Assembly (NCBI GenBank): GCA_047947115.1
Contig: CP170459.1
Span: 3,040,001 to 3,104,000 of the forward strand
Length of the DNA stretch: 64,000 bases
Direction of reading: 5' to 3'
DNA from: Verrucomicrobiota bacterium
Lineage (GTDB): Bacteria > Verrucomicrobiota > Verrucomicrobiia > Limisphaerales > AAA164-E04
The notes beneath the pieces were generated by a model. That model was not told the DNA's origin. It saw only the letters and a program-made list of their open reading frames with translations, and made no database searches. Below, piece by piece: positions 40,245 through 50,447 of the stretch. Position 1 is the stretch's first letter. The number at the start of each line of letters is the position of its first letter. The translations under genes and the position numbers were made by a program.

Positions 40245-41636
40245 TTAACTTGGATCAAATATTTTTCCCGGATTCAGGATGCCCTTCGGATCGAGCGCTT
40301 TTCTGACCTCCCGTAAAACCCGCATCTGGGCCTGCCCTGCAAAGTCCGGAAGAAACCGTTTCTTGGCCACACCAATGCCGTGTTCTCCCGTAATGGTGCC
40401 TCCTACTCGAATGGCTTCTTTGAAGATTTCTTCAAACGCCTCCTCGATGCGGTGCATTTCTTCCTTGTTGCGTTCGTCTGTGAGAAAGGTCGGGTGAAGG
40501 TTGCCGTCTCCCATATGACCGAACGTGCCGACCCGAAGTTTGTACTTTTCTGCGGTGGAAGCCACATATCGGATCATGTGACCCAGTTCGCTGCGTGGTA
40601 CGGTGGCGTCTTCGAGGATGGTTGTGGGTGAGAGACGTGCCAGGGCTGAAAAAGCCGTGCGCCGTGCACTGGCTAGTTTGGTGGCCTCGGCGTCATCTTT
40701 TGCCACACGGATTTCTTTGCATCCGTTTTCCCGACAAATCGCCTCCATTTTCTCGGCTTCCTCGGTTACTACGGATGGGTGGCCGTCGGTTTCAATCAGC
40801 AACAAGGCATCGCAGTCCAGCGGAAGTCCGATCTTGGCAAAGTCCTCCACGCAGTGAATGGTGGTGCGGTCGAGGAATTCCAGGGTGCAGGGAATGATTT
40901 GTGCCGCGATGATGGCTGAGACCGCTTCGGCCGCTCGGTCCATCTGCTCAAAAGTGGCCACCATGGTTTTTTTGGCCTGGGGTTTCGGGATCAGGCGCAA
41001 TAACACTTTGGTGATAACCCCCAAGGTGCCTTCCGAACCGATGAATATATCTTTCAGGGAATACCCGGCCACGTCCTTGACGCATTTGTTACCCATCCAG
41101 CAGATTTCTCCGTCCGGCAAGACGACTTCCATGCCCATCACATAGTTGCGGGTGACTCCGTATTTGAGCCCGCGCAGTCCGCCGGAGTTTTCGGCAACAT
41201 TTCCGCCGATGGTGGAAATTTTCATGGAACCAGGGTCAGGCGGGTAAAAGAGCCCGGCCTTGTCGACGGCTTCGGAAACGGTCAAGGTGGTGACGCCGAC
41301 TTCTGTCAATAAAGTCAGGTTGGCCGCGTCCAGTTCAAGGATTTGATTCATCTTTACGGTGCACAGGACAATGCACTGGTCCGATGGCAGGCTGCCTCCG
41401 CTCAGGCCGGTTCCCGAACCGCGGGTGACCACCGGGATGTTTTCCTGGTTGGCCAGTTTCAGCACGCGGGACACCTGTTCGGTTGTCCGGGTTAATACCA
41501 CGCAGCCCGGGTATTGTTTCAGGGCGGCGGTGCCGTCGAAAGAGTAGGGGATCAGGTCCTCTTTGCGATCCAATACCTCTTTCTCACCCACGATTTCGCG
41601 TAACCGGGTAATGATTGATTTGTCTAGCTGCATCAT
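40245..41636 (-). CDS. glcD: Glycolate oxidase FAD subunit (FAD-linked oxidase)
   Basis: RGSGTGLSGG, YPPDPGS, STIGGNVAENSGG..GLKYG, GSEGTLG, GHMGDGNLH, TGEHGIG, LNPGK. Confidence 0.9.
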   Translation of the reverse strand: MMQLDKSIITRLREIVGEKEVLDRKEDLIPYSFDGTAALKQYPGCVVLTRTTEQVSRVLKLANQENIPVVTRGSGTGLSGGSLPSDQCIVLCTVKMNQILELDAANLTLLTEVGVTTLTVSEAVDKAGLFYPPDPGSMKISTIGGNVAENSGGLRGLKYGVTRNYVMGMEVVLPDGEICWMGNKCVKDVAGYSLKDIFIGSEGTLGVITKVLLRLIPKPQAKKTMVATFEQMDRAAEAVSAIIAAQIIPCTLEFLDRTTIHCVEDFAKIGLPLDCDALLLIETDGHPSVVTEEAEKMEAICRENGCKEIRVAKDDAEATKLASARRTAFSALARLSPTTILEDATVPRSELGHMIRYVASTAEKYKLRVGTFGHMGDGNLHPTFLTDERNKEEMHRIEEAFEEIFKEAIRVGGTITGEHGIGVAKKRFLPDFAGQAQMRVLREVRKALDPKGILNPGKIFDPS

Positions 41637-41723
41637 GCGTCGGCATTGAGATTGGATAAACACGTCTTTCTGGTCAATGAACTTTCTTGAAAGGGGCCGG
41701 ATTGCATGCTGGAATATTCCGAC

Positions 41724-42329
41724 ATGACGGATCAACCCAATCAATCATCGTTAAACGTATTGCTCGTTGTTGGCAACCGAAGCGCCGAGTCCACCACCCG
41801 AGCGGTGATTCAACACCTGGGGCGCCTGTTGAAAGAACATGGCTGCACCGTGGATGTGTTTGATTATGCTCAGGAGGATCTTCCATTGTTTGATGTTCAA
41901 ACCGCTTTTTCTGGAGATGTTTATGCTTCCTTGAAAGCGCGTGTTCAAAAAGCCGATGCGATTGTGCTCGGCACGCCTGACTACCACGGGAGTATGAGCA
42001 GTGCCTTGAAAAACTTCCTGGATCATTTCTGGAAGGAGTTCGCCGGCAAGTTGTTTGGTGCCATCGTCGGTTCGTATGAAAAAGGTCTGACTGTCCATGA
42101 TCAAGTCCGTACCGTCATGCGACAATGCTATGCCTGGTCCTTGCCTTATGGGGTGAGTTTTCAGGAGAAAACGGATCTGGAGGATGGAAAAGTAGTATCC
42201 GACGGATTGAAAGCCCGTTTGGAATCCATGGCGCGTGATCTGCAAGTTTATGGATCCCTGCTGGCTGCACAACGCAATGACGACCTGGCGGGGCAGGAGC
42301 CCGGGTTCCTTGCACATTACCGTTCTTGA
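41724..42329 (+). CDS. NADPH-dependent FMN reductase
   Basis: GN.S..STT, ADAIVLGTPDYHGSMSSALKNFLD. Confidence 0.9.
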   Translation: MTDQPNQSSLNVLLVVGNRSAESTTRAVIQHLGRLLKEHGCTVDVFDYAQEDLPLFDVQTAFSGDVYASLKARVQKADAIVLGTPDYHGSMSSALKNFLDHFWKEFAGKLFGAIVGSYEKGLTVHDQVRTVMRQCYAWSLPYGVSFQEKTDLEDGKVVSDGLKARLESMARDLQVYGSLLAAQRNDDLAGQEPGFLAHYRS

Positions 42330-42390
42330 GAAAGGGGATATTCTTCAGACTTTATTCAGCTAACAAAGATTTATTCAGGACAATCAACCT

Positions 42391-43257
42391 ATGAGTGAAA
42401 ATCCCTATGCCCAACTGGTGTCCGGTTACGCCAAAGCTTTCCGAGATGGAAAACAGTTTCAAAACGGCGGTTTTCCCGCTCCTTCGCGGCCAGCGCTGGC
42501 TCCCGATGCGCCTAAAGCATTGATCTTTTCTCCCCATCCGGACGACGAATGCATCATCGGCGGACTGGCCTTGAGGTTGCTCAAGGAATCCGGTGTGCGT
42601 GTGATCAATGTTGCCGTCACCCAGGGAAGCAATCGTGAACGTCAACAAGCCCGACTCGAAGAACTGAAAGGAGCCTGTGATTACATGGGCTTCGGATTGA
42701 TCACCACAGGTGAGAATGGTTTGGAGGGGATTCACACCAAACGACGTGAAAGTGATCCGGTAGGTTGGGCCAAGGATGTCGAGGTGATTCGAGGTATCCT
42801 GGATAAAGAAAAGCCAGCCGCGATCTTTGTGCCGCACGCCACTGATTGGAACTCCACTCACATTGGAGTGCATTGGTTGGTGATGGATGCATTGGAGAAA
42901 ATGCCTGCTGATTTTATAACCCTCTTCATCGGTACTGAATATTGGGGAGCCATGGACGATCCGAACCTGATGGTGGCGTCCAGCGAAGAAGATGTGACCG
43001 AAATGGTCAGTGGCACTTCGTTTCACGTCGGGGAAGTGACGCGTAATCCATTCCACCTCCTTCACCCAGCCTGGATGCAGGACAACGTGCGTCGTGGTAG
43101 TGAATTGGTCGGCGGGCAAGGGGAGGCCGCTCCGGATTTTTCATTTGCAACCCTCTACCGAGCCAGCCGTTGGCAGAACGGATCCATTCAACCCGCATGG
43201 GAAGGCGGACGGATGATTCGGCTGGAAGAGGACCCAAGCGTGAGCTTGGGAATTTAA
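42391..43257 (+). CDS. PIG-L/LmbE family deacetylase
   Basis: SPHPDDE, VTQGS, R..E...A, PH..D.NSTH. Confidence 0.88.
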   Translation: MSENPYAQLVSGYAKAFRDGKQFQNGGFPAPSRPALAPDAPKALIFSPHPDDECIIGGLALRLLKESGVRVINVAVTQGSNRERQQARLEELKGACDYMGFGLITTGENGLEGIHTKRRESDPVGWAKDVEVIRGILDKEKPAAIFVPHATDWNSTHIGVHWLVMDALEKMPADFITLFIGTEYWGAMDDPNLMVASSEEDVTEMVSGTSFHVGEVTRNPFHLLHPAWMQDNVRRGSELVGGQGEAAPDFSFATLYRASRWQNGSIQPAWEGGRMIRLEEDPSVSLGI

Positions 43258-43458
43258 AATAGTGAATGGTGCGCCGAAGGGTGGCTGCAGGTAGATTCCT
43301 GATGATATCGGGATCTCGGTCCGCCCGCTAGCGTCAGCTATGCGGATGTGGGGTGATTGAATACCGGAGGCTTCCCCAAACGGATGGCAGTTTTGGTGAT
43401 GGAGGCCACAAGGAGACGCGCCGAGACACCACGTTCTACCTGGGGGAGACTGCTGCGT

Positions 43459-43671
43459 TTAATCTTTGTTATCCTGGTAATCGAGCAGGTCGCCCGGTTT
43501 GCAGTCGAGGTGTTTGCAGATGGCTTCGAGGGTCGAGAAGCGGATGGCTTTGGCTTTGCCTGTTTTCAGGATGGAGAGGTTTTGAGGAGCGATGCCGATG
43601 GCGGCAGCGAGTTCGTTCAACCTCACTTTTCGTTTCGCCATCATGACGTCCAGGTTAATAATGACTGGCAT
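43459..43671 (-). CDS. XRE/YozG-family HTH regulator
   Basis: NLDVMMAKRK...NLSILKTGKAKAIRFSTLEAIC..LDCKPGDLL. Confidence 0.95.
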   Translation of the reverse strand: MPVIINLDVMMAKRKVRLNELAAAIGIAPQNLSILKTGKAKAIRFSTLEAICKHLDCKPGDLLDYQDNKD

Positions 43672-43708
43672 GTCTGTTTTCTAATTTGAAACTTTCCGCG
43701 CAGCTTTC

Positions 43709-44329
43709 TTAAACCGTCAGTTCCTGTTCTTCCCGAACCTTTCTGCCTTCATCAATCACACCAATAGCGATGAAGATCATCAGGGCGACTGCGATGGGTT
43801 CGAGGTTGATGCCATTGAATTGGAGACCGAACATACCGAAGCCAATATAGGTGACATGCACCGCAAGAGACTCTGCCAATTCAGGCCCAGGCAAAGCGGG
43901 CACAGTTGATCCCATGATGAAGTGAGAGAGGATTTGATTGAACAGGCCGAATGCCGCAAAGAAGAGGAATAGTTTTCCAATCTTTTGCAGAAGACTCAGG
44001 GAAGATTCTGAAAAAACCATCCCGGTTTCACATAACTTGAACAAACGCGCCACTAGCCAATACCACCAGCATAGCAGAAGGGAGGATGCCGTATTTAAAG
44101 CCAGATATCCCAATGTTGAGAAGGAGTAGTCCATTGGGAATTGATATCCCATAAATCTTGGATTGAGTATCGACAGAACTCTGGAAGCAAAATTGTTGTC
44201 AGACACTGCCATGGTGTAGGCAGCGTATGCGAAATACCCTAAAAACAACAACCGACCAGCTCGGCTGAACCAGAACAGTCGTTCCTGGGAATTGCTGAGT
44301 GAAATACCGAAAAAGGACTTTGTTGTCAT
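43709..44329 (-). CDS. DUF2975 membrane protein
   Basis: Four TMs, G.VFS, C-terminal EG..VREEQELTV; canonical pairing with YozG-type HTH. Confidence 0.88.
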   Translation of the reverse strand: MTTKSFFGISLSNSQERLFWFSRAGRLLFLGYFAYAAYTMAVSDNNFASRVLSILNPRFMGYQFPMDYSFSTLGYLALNTASSLLLCWWYWLVARLFKLCETGMVFSESSLSLLQKIGKLFLFFAAFGLFNQILSHFIMGSTVPALPGPELAESLAVHVTYIGFGMFGLQFNGINLEPIAVALMIFIAIGVIDEGRKVREEQELTV

Positions 44330-44332
44330 AGG

Positions 44333-44385
44333 AGTATCTATATTCCGATAAATCTGATTATCAAGAAAAAATTAATGATAAACAT
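44333..44385 (-). promoter_or_regulatory. Probable autoregulatory operator/promoter of DUF2975-HTH operon
   Basis: AT-rich with repeated TTATC/GATAA half-sites just upstream of ATG. Confidence 0.4.
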
Positions 44386-44473
44386 GAATTAAAGCATTTT
44401 AAACATGTGGTTTTGCTTGGTTGCTGTGTTCAGCTGATCTTGGTGAGCGGCCAGTTAAAGACAGCCAGGAGCT

Positions 44474-44659
44474 CTCTGGAGTGCGGTGAGCATCACCGCT
44501 TTGGATAAGGTCCGGCTTCACAAACAGTGATCAAATTTTTACAACGAGAACTTTCGCGTCGAGAGATCCCTTTTGGAGCGATGGTTTGGGTTGTGTCTTT
44601 AGGAAACCATCACGTTTCCCTGGTGTATCCAGAGCGGTGTTGATCACCGTATTCCAGAG
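44474..44659. repeat. Inverted pair of REP-like hairpins (BIME-like)
   Basis: 44474-44507 CTCTGGAGTGCGGTGAGCATCACCGCTTTGGATA matches the reverse complement of 44626-44659 at 29/34 positions; each has an internal hairpin. Confidence 0.8.
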
Positions 44660-44745
44660 GGCGTTCGGGTTTTTGTTGTGAAAGTAATGGCTCGTCTCGA
44701 GTTTGGTTTCCGGTTACCGTTGATTTGAATCCAGACAGCAAGGTT

Positions 44746-46233
44746 ATGAAACGTTATCTCCGCATTTTGTGGTTGGGACTTTTGATCAGTGTGGCTGCGC
44801 AGACGGCCGATCGTCGTCCCAATGTTCTGTTCATTATTTCTGACGATCTCAATACGTCTTTGGGGTGTTATGATCATCCTTTGGTGAAAACGCCGAACAT
44901 CGATAAATTGGCGGCGCGCGGGATTCGGTTTGACAAGGCGTATTGTCAATTTCCGTTGTGTGGGCCCAGTCGAAATTCCATGTTGTGTGGACTATATCCC
45001 AACGCCACTGGCATTCATCGTAATTCCGAGATCTTTCGCCAGACCATCCCATCGCATCATAGTCTTTCACAAGCCTTCCGTCTTGAAGGATACTTCGCGG
45101 GGCGGATTGGAAAGCTCTATCATTATAATGTTCCCAAATCAGTTGGTACAAACGGTCATGACGACCCGGGTTCATGGGAGCTGGAACTGAATCCTGCCGG
45201 TTGCGATCGTCTGGAAGAGGAAGGAGAGATATTCAGTCTGAGGCCGGGGAATTTCGGGGGAACGCTCAGTTGGTACGCCTCTCCACAATCGGATGAAAAA
45301 CATACCGATGGCATGCTCGCCAACGACGCTGAATGGGTATTGGAACGTTGTGCGCGTGACCAGGATCGTCCCTTCTTCATTGCGGTGGGGTTTTATCGAC
45401 CGCATACACCTTACGTCGCTCCGGCCACTTATTTCGAGGGGTATCCTGAAGCCCGAATGCCGGTGGTTCAAGGTGTGGAAGAGGATGTTAAGGATCTCCC
45501 CTCAATGGCGCTGGGCAGTCATAAGAAGGAACACGATCTGTTGAACGATGATTTACGGCGCAAGGCGGTGCAGGCCTACTTTGCCAGTATTACCTTTATG
45601 GATGCCCAGGTCGGAAAGGTCCTGGATGCTTTGGAACGTCTGGGCTTGGCGGAGAATACCATTGTCGTTTTCACCAGTGATCATGGTTATCACCTGGGGG
45701 AACATGGTCTATGGCAGAAAATGAGTTTGTTTGAACAAAGCGCGCGCGTTCCCTTGATCATGGCAGGGCCGGGGATTCCGTCCAAAGGCGCCACAGCCGA
45801 AACACCGGTTGGTTTAGTGGATCTGTATCCTACCTTGACCGAAATGTGCGATGTTCAGGCTCCCGGAAATTTACAGGGGCAGAGCTTGGTGCCTATTCTT
45901 AGTAATCCTTCCGAAAAGGGACGTGGTTGGTCATTGACCCAGGTGACCAGAAGACGCACCGGCCCCAAAAAGGATTGGGTGTATGGCTATACCTTGCGAA
46001 CAGATCGATGGCGCTACACCGAGTGGGACAACGGAGACGAAGGTCGGGAACTCTATGATCACCATCAAGACCCTTTGGAGCAGTCCAATTTGATTGGATC
46101 CGGTGATCACGCTGAAACGATTGAAAGCCTCGAATCTCTCATGAAGGAGGCCATGGCGACCACTTTCCCTGCTTCCGGAGAGATTCCCGAACTCAAGACG
46201 CAGGTGTGGGCGCCCAATCTGACGCATCCTTAA
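44746..46233 (+). CDS. Sulfatase (iduronate-2-sulfatase-like S1 family)
   Basis: Signal peptide; PNVLFIISDDL, CGPSR formylglycine motif, GFYRPHTP, TSDHGYHLGEH. Confidence 0.95.
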   Translation: MKRYLRILWLGLLISVAAQTADRRPNVLFIISDDLNTSLGCYDHPLVKTPNIDKLAARGIRFDKAYCQFPLCGPSRNSMLCGLYPNATGIHRNSEIFRQTIPSHHSLSQAFRLEGYFAGRIGKLYHYNVPKSVGTNGHDDPGSWELELNPAGCDRLEEEGEIFSLRPGNFGGTLSWYASPQSDEKHTDGMLANDAEWVLERCARDQDRPFFIAVGFYRPHTPYVAPATYFEGYPEARMPVVQGVEEDVKDLPSMALGSHKKEHDLLNDDLRRKAVQAYFASITFMDAQVGKVLDALERLGLAENTIVVFTSDHGYHLGEHGLWQKMSLFEQSARVPLIMAGPGIPSKGATAETPVGLVDLYPTLTEMCDVQAPGNLQGQSLVPILSNPSEKGRGWSLTQVTRRRTGPKKDWVYGYTLRTDRWRYTEWDNGDEGRELYDHHQDPLEQSNLIGSGDHAETIESLESLMKEAMATTFPASGEIPELKTQVWAPNLTHP

Positions 46234-46287
46234 GGGTATTTGTCCTTTTATCCGCAGATGGAATGAATTGAAAGGGATATTAAGTTT

Positions 46288-47931
46288 ATGAAACACGTTT
46301 TTTTGACTCGTTGTGGGCTCTTGGCTACTTGGGTGGCATTGGGGCTTGGTTTGTTGATAGTTCGATCGGAAGCCGCTGATCGGCCGAATATCATTGTCAT
46401 TCTGGTGGACGACATGGGGTATTCGGATATCGGATGTTATGGCGGTGAAATTCAAACGCCGAACATTGATCGCCTGGCCAGAGGAGGTCTGCAGTTTACC
46501 CAGTTCTATAATACGGGGCGTTGTTGTCCGACCCGGGCGAGTTTGATGACGGGTTTGCATCCGCATCAGGCTGGTATTGGTCATATGACGGAAACGCCCC
46601 AGGGACCCAGTCCGCTCAGTGATCACCCATACCAGGGATTTCTTAACGAGCAATGTAATACGATTGCAGAAGTGTTGAAAAAGGGGGGCTATCATACCTT
46701 GATGACCGGTAAATGGCATTTGGGATACCACGACAAGGGCAACTGGCCCCTGCAACGCGGGTTTGATAAATATTTCGGTATTATTTCAGGGGCCTCGCAT
46801 TTCATGAACCCTCAGCCACCGCGCGGATTGACCTTCATGAACGAGCCGTTTTCACCCGGCCCTGGATTTTATACGACTGACGCTTTCACCGATTACGCCA
46901 TGCAGTTCATTCGCGAATCACGTCAGAACAGTGAAGATCCCTTTTTCCTTTATCTGGCATACAACGCGCCTCACTGGCCCTTGCATGCCAAGTCTGGTGA
47001 CCTGGCCAAATACGAAGGGAAGTACCGGGGAGGGTGGCATGCCCTGATGGAACAGCGTTTGTCCAGGCAGCGTGAAATGGGGCTGATCGATCCTTCCTGG
47101 AATGCGGCTCCTCATGAGGGCCCTGAATGGGATTCACTGGATGAAGAAACCCGCCGATTGCTTGACCTGCGCATGGCGGCTTATGCGGCTTGTATTGATT
47201 CAGTGGATCAAAATGTTGGCAGATTGGTGGCATTCCTGAAACATCAGGGGTTGTATGAAAACACATTGATTTGTTTCATGTCCGATAATGGGGCCTGTCA
47301 GGAAGGGGGCATTCTGGGAAGTGGCACGGAAGAGCAAGTTCGGGATCCGTTGCTCAGTAAGGGAACGGCCGGACCTCGTTGCGGTCAAGCCTGGGCCAAT
47401 GCTTCAAACGCGCCTTTTCGATATTACAAACATTTCGTGCACGAAGGCGGGATGGCAACTCCGATGATTGCGCATTGGCCGGCCGGGATTCCATGGCAAT
47501 CCCGGGGTTCATTTGTGAGAGAGATCGGTTATCTTCCGGATTTCATGCCCACGTTCATCGAATTGGCCGGTGCGGAGTATCCTGAAGTCCGCAAGGGGCA
47601 AAAGGTGCACCCCATGGCAGGGACCTCCCTGTTGCCTCTTTTCAAAGGAGGCAATCAACCGGTTCATCGTCAACCTGTGTATTGGGAACATGAAGGTAAT
47701 CGTGCCATGCGGGACGGCAAATGGAAACTCTCCTGGTCGGGGAAAGGACCCTGGGAACTTTATGACATGGAAGCGGACCGCACAGAAATGCATGACCTGG
47801 CGCAATCCTTGCCGGACCGCCTAAATGCCATGGTTCAAAAATGGGAGACCTGGGCCAAAGGAGTGGGTGTGAGCTTTCCGGATCCAATCAGTTATTACAA
47901 AGTCTTCAACGATTCGAGGAAGCAGTATTAA
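46288..47931 (+). CDS. Arylsulfatase (S1 family)
   Basis: Signal peptide; DDMGYSD, CCPTRASL.TG, GKWHLG, APHWPL, SDNG. Confidence 0.95.
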   Translation: MKHVFLTRCGLLATWVALGLGLLIVRSEAADRPNIIVILVDDMGYSDIGCYGGEIQTPNIDRLARGGLQFTQFYNTGRCCPTRASLMTGLHPHQAGIGHMTETPQGPSPLSDHPYQGFLNEQCNTIAEVLKKGGYHTLMTGKWHLGYHDKGNWPLQRGFDKYFGIISGASHFMNPQPPRGLTFMNEPFSPGPGFYTTDAFTDYAMQFIRESRQNSEDPFFLYLAYNAPHWPLHAKSGDLAKYEGKYRGGWHALMEQRLSRQREMGLIDPSWNAAPHEGPEWDSLDEETRRLLDLRMAAYAACIDSVDQNVGRLVAFLKHQGLYENTLICFMSDNGACQEGGILGSGTEEQVRDPLLSKGTAGPRCGQAWANASNAPFRYYKHFVHEGGMATPMIAHWPAGIPWQSRGSFVREIGYLPDFMPTFIELAGAEYPEVRKGQKVHPMAGTSLLPLFKGGNQPVHRQPVYWEHEGNRAMRDGKWKLSWSGKGPWELYDMEADRTEMHDLAQSLPDRLNAMVQKWETWAKGVGVSFPDPISYYKVFNDSRKQY

Positions 47932-48005
47932 GATCTCGCAACACATCATCCAATTCCGAAATGCATTGTCGATGGAGGCCTGTAGCCAGACCCCCTCGTC
48001 GGTCC

Positions 48006-48890
48006 TTACCTTTTTGCGCGTTTGGTCCACTCCGGAGCCAGTTCAACCAACAGCATGGATGCGAACATCAATGCACAGCCAAAATATCCCTTAACCCCCA
48101 TTCGCTCCCCCAGAAAAATTGCTCCAAACAAGGCCGCAAACAAAGCTTCTGAAGACAGGAAAATTGCCGCTTGGGATCCGGTGGTGAATCGTTGTGCCAC
48201 TGCCTGCAGTGTAAAGGCCACTCCACTTGAAAAAATGCCGGCATACAAAATCTCCTTCATGGCAGCTTGGATTGCTTCCCACTTCCAAGGTTCAAGGACC
48301 ATCGCCACCGTCAATCCCAAAAGGGCACACACGCCAAACTGAACGGCTGACAAGGTGAATGGACGTGCTGTGTCCCGACTGAACTTGCCAATCATGATCA
48401 CCTGCACTGCCCAGAAGCCAGCGCACAAAATCGTCAGCAGATCTCCTGTCCGCAACTTCGAAAAATCCCCTCCGCTCAACAAGTAAATTCCTCCCAAAGT
48501 CAGGGTGGCGGCAGGCCATACAATGAAATGCGGACGTTCTCTCAACAGCGCCACCGCCAGGAACGGCGTGACGATCACATACAAGCCGGTGAGAAATCCC
48601 GAGTTGGTTACGGTGGTGGTCAGTAGCCCTGTCTGTTGAGATGCCATACCTAGAAACAGCACCACACCAATGGCAGAAAGCCCAAACCAATCCTTACGTT
48701 GAAGTGTGCGCGGGGCGGCCTGGGATTCACGCCATGCCAGAGGCAGCAATATCAGCGTGGCGATCAAGAAACGTAAGCCAACGAACAGAAAAGGCCCCAG
48801 ATTATCCATGGCGCTGGACTGAGCCACAAAGCCCATCCCCCAAATGGCCCCGGCCAGCAGCAAAGACAGATTGGCTTGTTTTCTTGTCAT
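48006..48890 (-). CDS. DMT/EamA family transporter
   Basis: Ten TM pattern; IWGMGFVAQ, GDLLTILCA, SEALFAALFG..FLGE. Confidence 0.92.
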   Translation of the reverse strand: MTRKQANLSLLLAGAIWGMGFVAQSSAMDNLGPFLFVGLRFLIATLILLPLAWRESQAAPRTLQRKDWFGLSAIGVVLFLGMASQQTGLLTTTVTNSGFLTGLYVIVTPFLAVALLRERPHFIVWPAATLTLGGIYLLSGGDFSKLRTGDLLTILCAGFWAVQVIMIGKFSRDTARPFTLSAVQFGVCALLGLTVAMVLEPWKWEAIQAAMKEILYAGIFSSGVAFTLQAVAQRFTTGSQAAIFLSSEALFAALFGAIFLGERMGVKGYFGCALMFASMLLVELAPEWTKRAKR

Positions 48891-48951
48891 GCGGATCGAG
48901 CAGCCATCTACCCTGGATGGACGCAGGACAAAAAAATAGATTCCTAACAAC

Positions 48952-48990
48952 GGAGGGGCAAGCTCCGTCTTGAACCCACTTCAATCCTTG
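48952..48990 (+). repeat. Dispersed repeat family A, short copy 3
   Basis: GGAGGGGCAAGCTCCGTCTTGAACCCACTTCAA. Confidence 0.7.
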
Positions 48991-49169
48991 AGGCATAAGA
49001 ACCGCTGAAGAGACACCATGGAAACCCTAAAACATCACAAATACCTATACCTTCCAAACAAGCAATGTGCCGTGTCTTGGGAACCTTCGCGATAAAAGTT
49101 AGTGAAGCAGCCCTTTCCTCCACCAACTTCCAAGTCTTTATATGATTTTAAAACCTTCGCGTCCCTGGT

Positions 49170-49553
49170 TTAGGAAAGCCATTTGCGTAGCAGGTGGGCA
49201 AGTTCTTTGCGATTGATTTGCTGGTTGGCAATTTGAATCATTGCTTCGTGGAATTGCAACGTGATGTCTACAGATGTGTCTATACCATTTAGTTTCAGAA
49301 AAGTTAAACCTGCTGCGACGGCCGTTCTTTTATTCCCATCGAGGAAAGCTTGAGCTTGGGCAATATGGAAACAATAGGACGAGGCAATATCAAAAAGGTC
49401 TCCATTTTCGTAAAAATAGACTTGCAGTGATTGTGCGACAGCGCTTTAAAGTGCTCCTTCATCCCGAATGCCATCAGTGCCGCCAAAAAGGTCCAAGCCC
49501 TTTCTGTGAAAGAGAATTATTTGATCCAGTGTCAGAAACAATGGCGAACTCAT
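49170..49553 (-). pseudogene. Doc/Fic family toxin with one in-frame stop
   Basis: MSSPLFLTLDQII.FH...FGG.DGIRDEGAL*SA...IAQAQAFLDGNKRTA; TAA at 49448-49446 (codon 36); otherwise open for 127 codons; not in the ORF track. Confidence 0.88.
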
Positions 49554-49735
49554 TGAGCCAATTTCCGAAAGAGTGCCGAGTGTTCGGACATGATCTCATC
49601 CACCGCTTTATGAGCGGATGCATTTGTGGCATAAGTCGGGCCTGATTCCGGCTCCTGGCTCAGGAAATGGATTACCTTTTCCTGTTCGTTGACAGGCATG
49701 CGCTTGAATTCGCTGATGAGTTCTTCTGCTGTCAT
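49550..49735 (-). CDS. Putative antitoxin of the Doc toxin
   Basis: Small protein ending ...DEIMSEHSALFRKLAQ (Phd-like Doc-binding helix); ATGA overlap with doc. Confidence 0.75.
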   Translation of the reverse strand: MTAEELISEFKRMPVNEQEKVIHFLSQEPESGPTYATNASAHKAVDEIMSEHSALFRKLAQ

Positions 49736-49817
49736 CACTTCCAAGTGTCCTATTCCTACATAGAAAATTCAATTTATTTGTGATCGTGATTTCAACGTTC
49801 CTGTAAGTATTGAATAT

Positions 49818-50336
49818 TTATTTATTTGTTGTTTTCCAGCGGGCGAGGGCTTTTTGCATGGAAGGGAAGGCGAGATCGGATTCGGATACCAGCCATGGAT
49901 CGAGCCAGTGGTATCCGGCGACTTCGGTTTGGTCCGGCTTGATCCGTGTGTCCTCGCAGGTTGCGGTGTAAAAGAAATCCAGAACAGGGTAGGTGATGTT
50001 CTTGTAGTTGTATTGGTTTGGAAAACAGGCAAGGTATTGAATGTTGCTTACGGTGAGGCCCACCTCTTCCCTGATTTCCCGTTCCAGCGCATCCTCTGCG
50101 ATTTCACCATTATCGATGAATCCACCCACAACTGCCAGTTTGCCCTTGGCGGGTTCTTTGGCACGTTCAATGAAGAGCATTTGGCCTTTCGTATTCAGAA
50201 TGAGTCCCGCCGCCGCGATGGTTGGATTGAAATAGTAGGTGTATTCGCAGACTTCACACTCGAAAGGGATCTTATCCTCTGGCGTTTTTGGGTGCCCGCA
50301 TTGGGGGCAATGCTTGAATGTGAGGTTTGGCTTCAT
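49818..50336 (-). CDS. NUDIX hydrolase with N-terminal zinc ribbon
   Basis: CPQCG..CEVC, Y.NP, GGFIDNGE.AEDALEREIREEVGL Nudix box. Confidence 0.92.
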   Translation of the reverse strand: MKPNLTFKHCPQCGHPKTPEDKIPFECEVCEYTYYFNPTIAAAGLILNTKGQMLFIERAKEPAKGKLAVVGGFIDNGEIAEDALEREIREEVGLTVSNIQYLACFPNQYNYKNITYPVLDFFYTATCEDTRIKPDQTEVAGYHWLDPWLVSESDLAFPSMQKALARWKTTNK

Positions 50337-50447
50337 GCTCGTGCGAACCTTCCTCAATGGGGAGGGGACTGGCAAGGGCGAAGTTGGAATTGGAAAACAT
50401 TGCCATTGATTTTGAATTTGGATCTTGCTTAGGTCGTCGTTTCTCAT

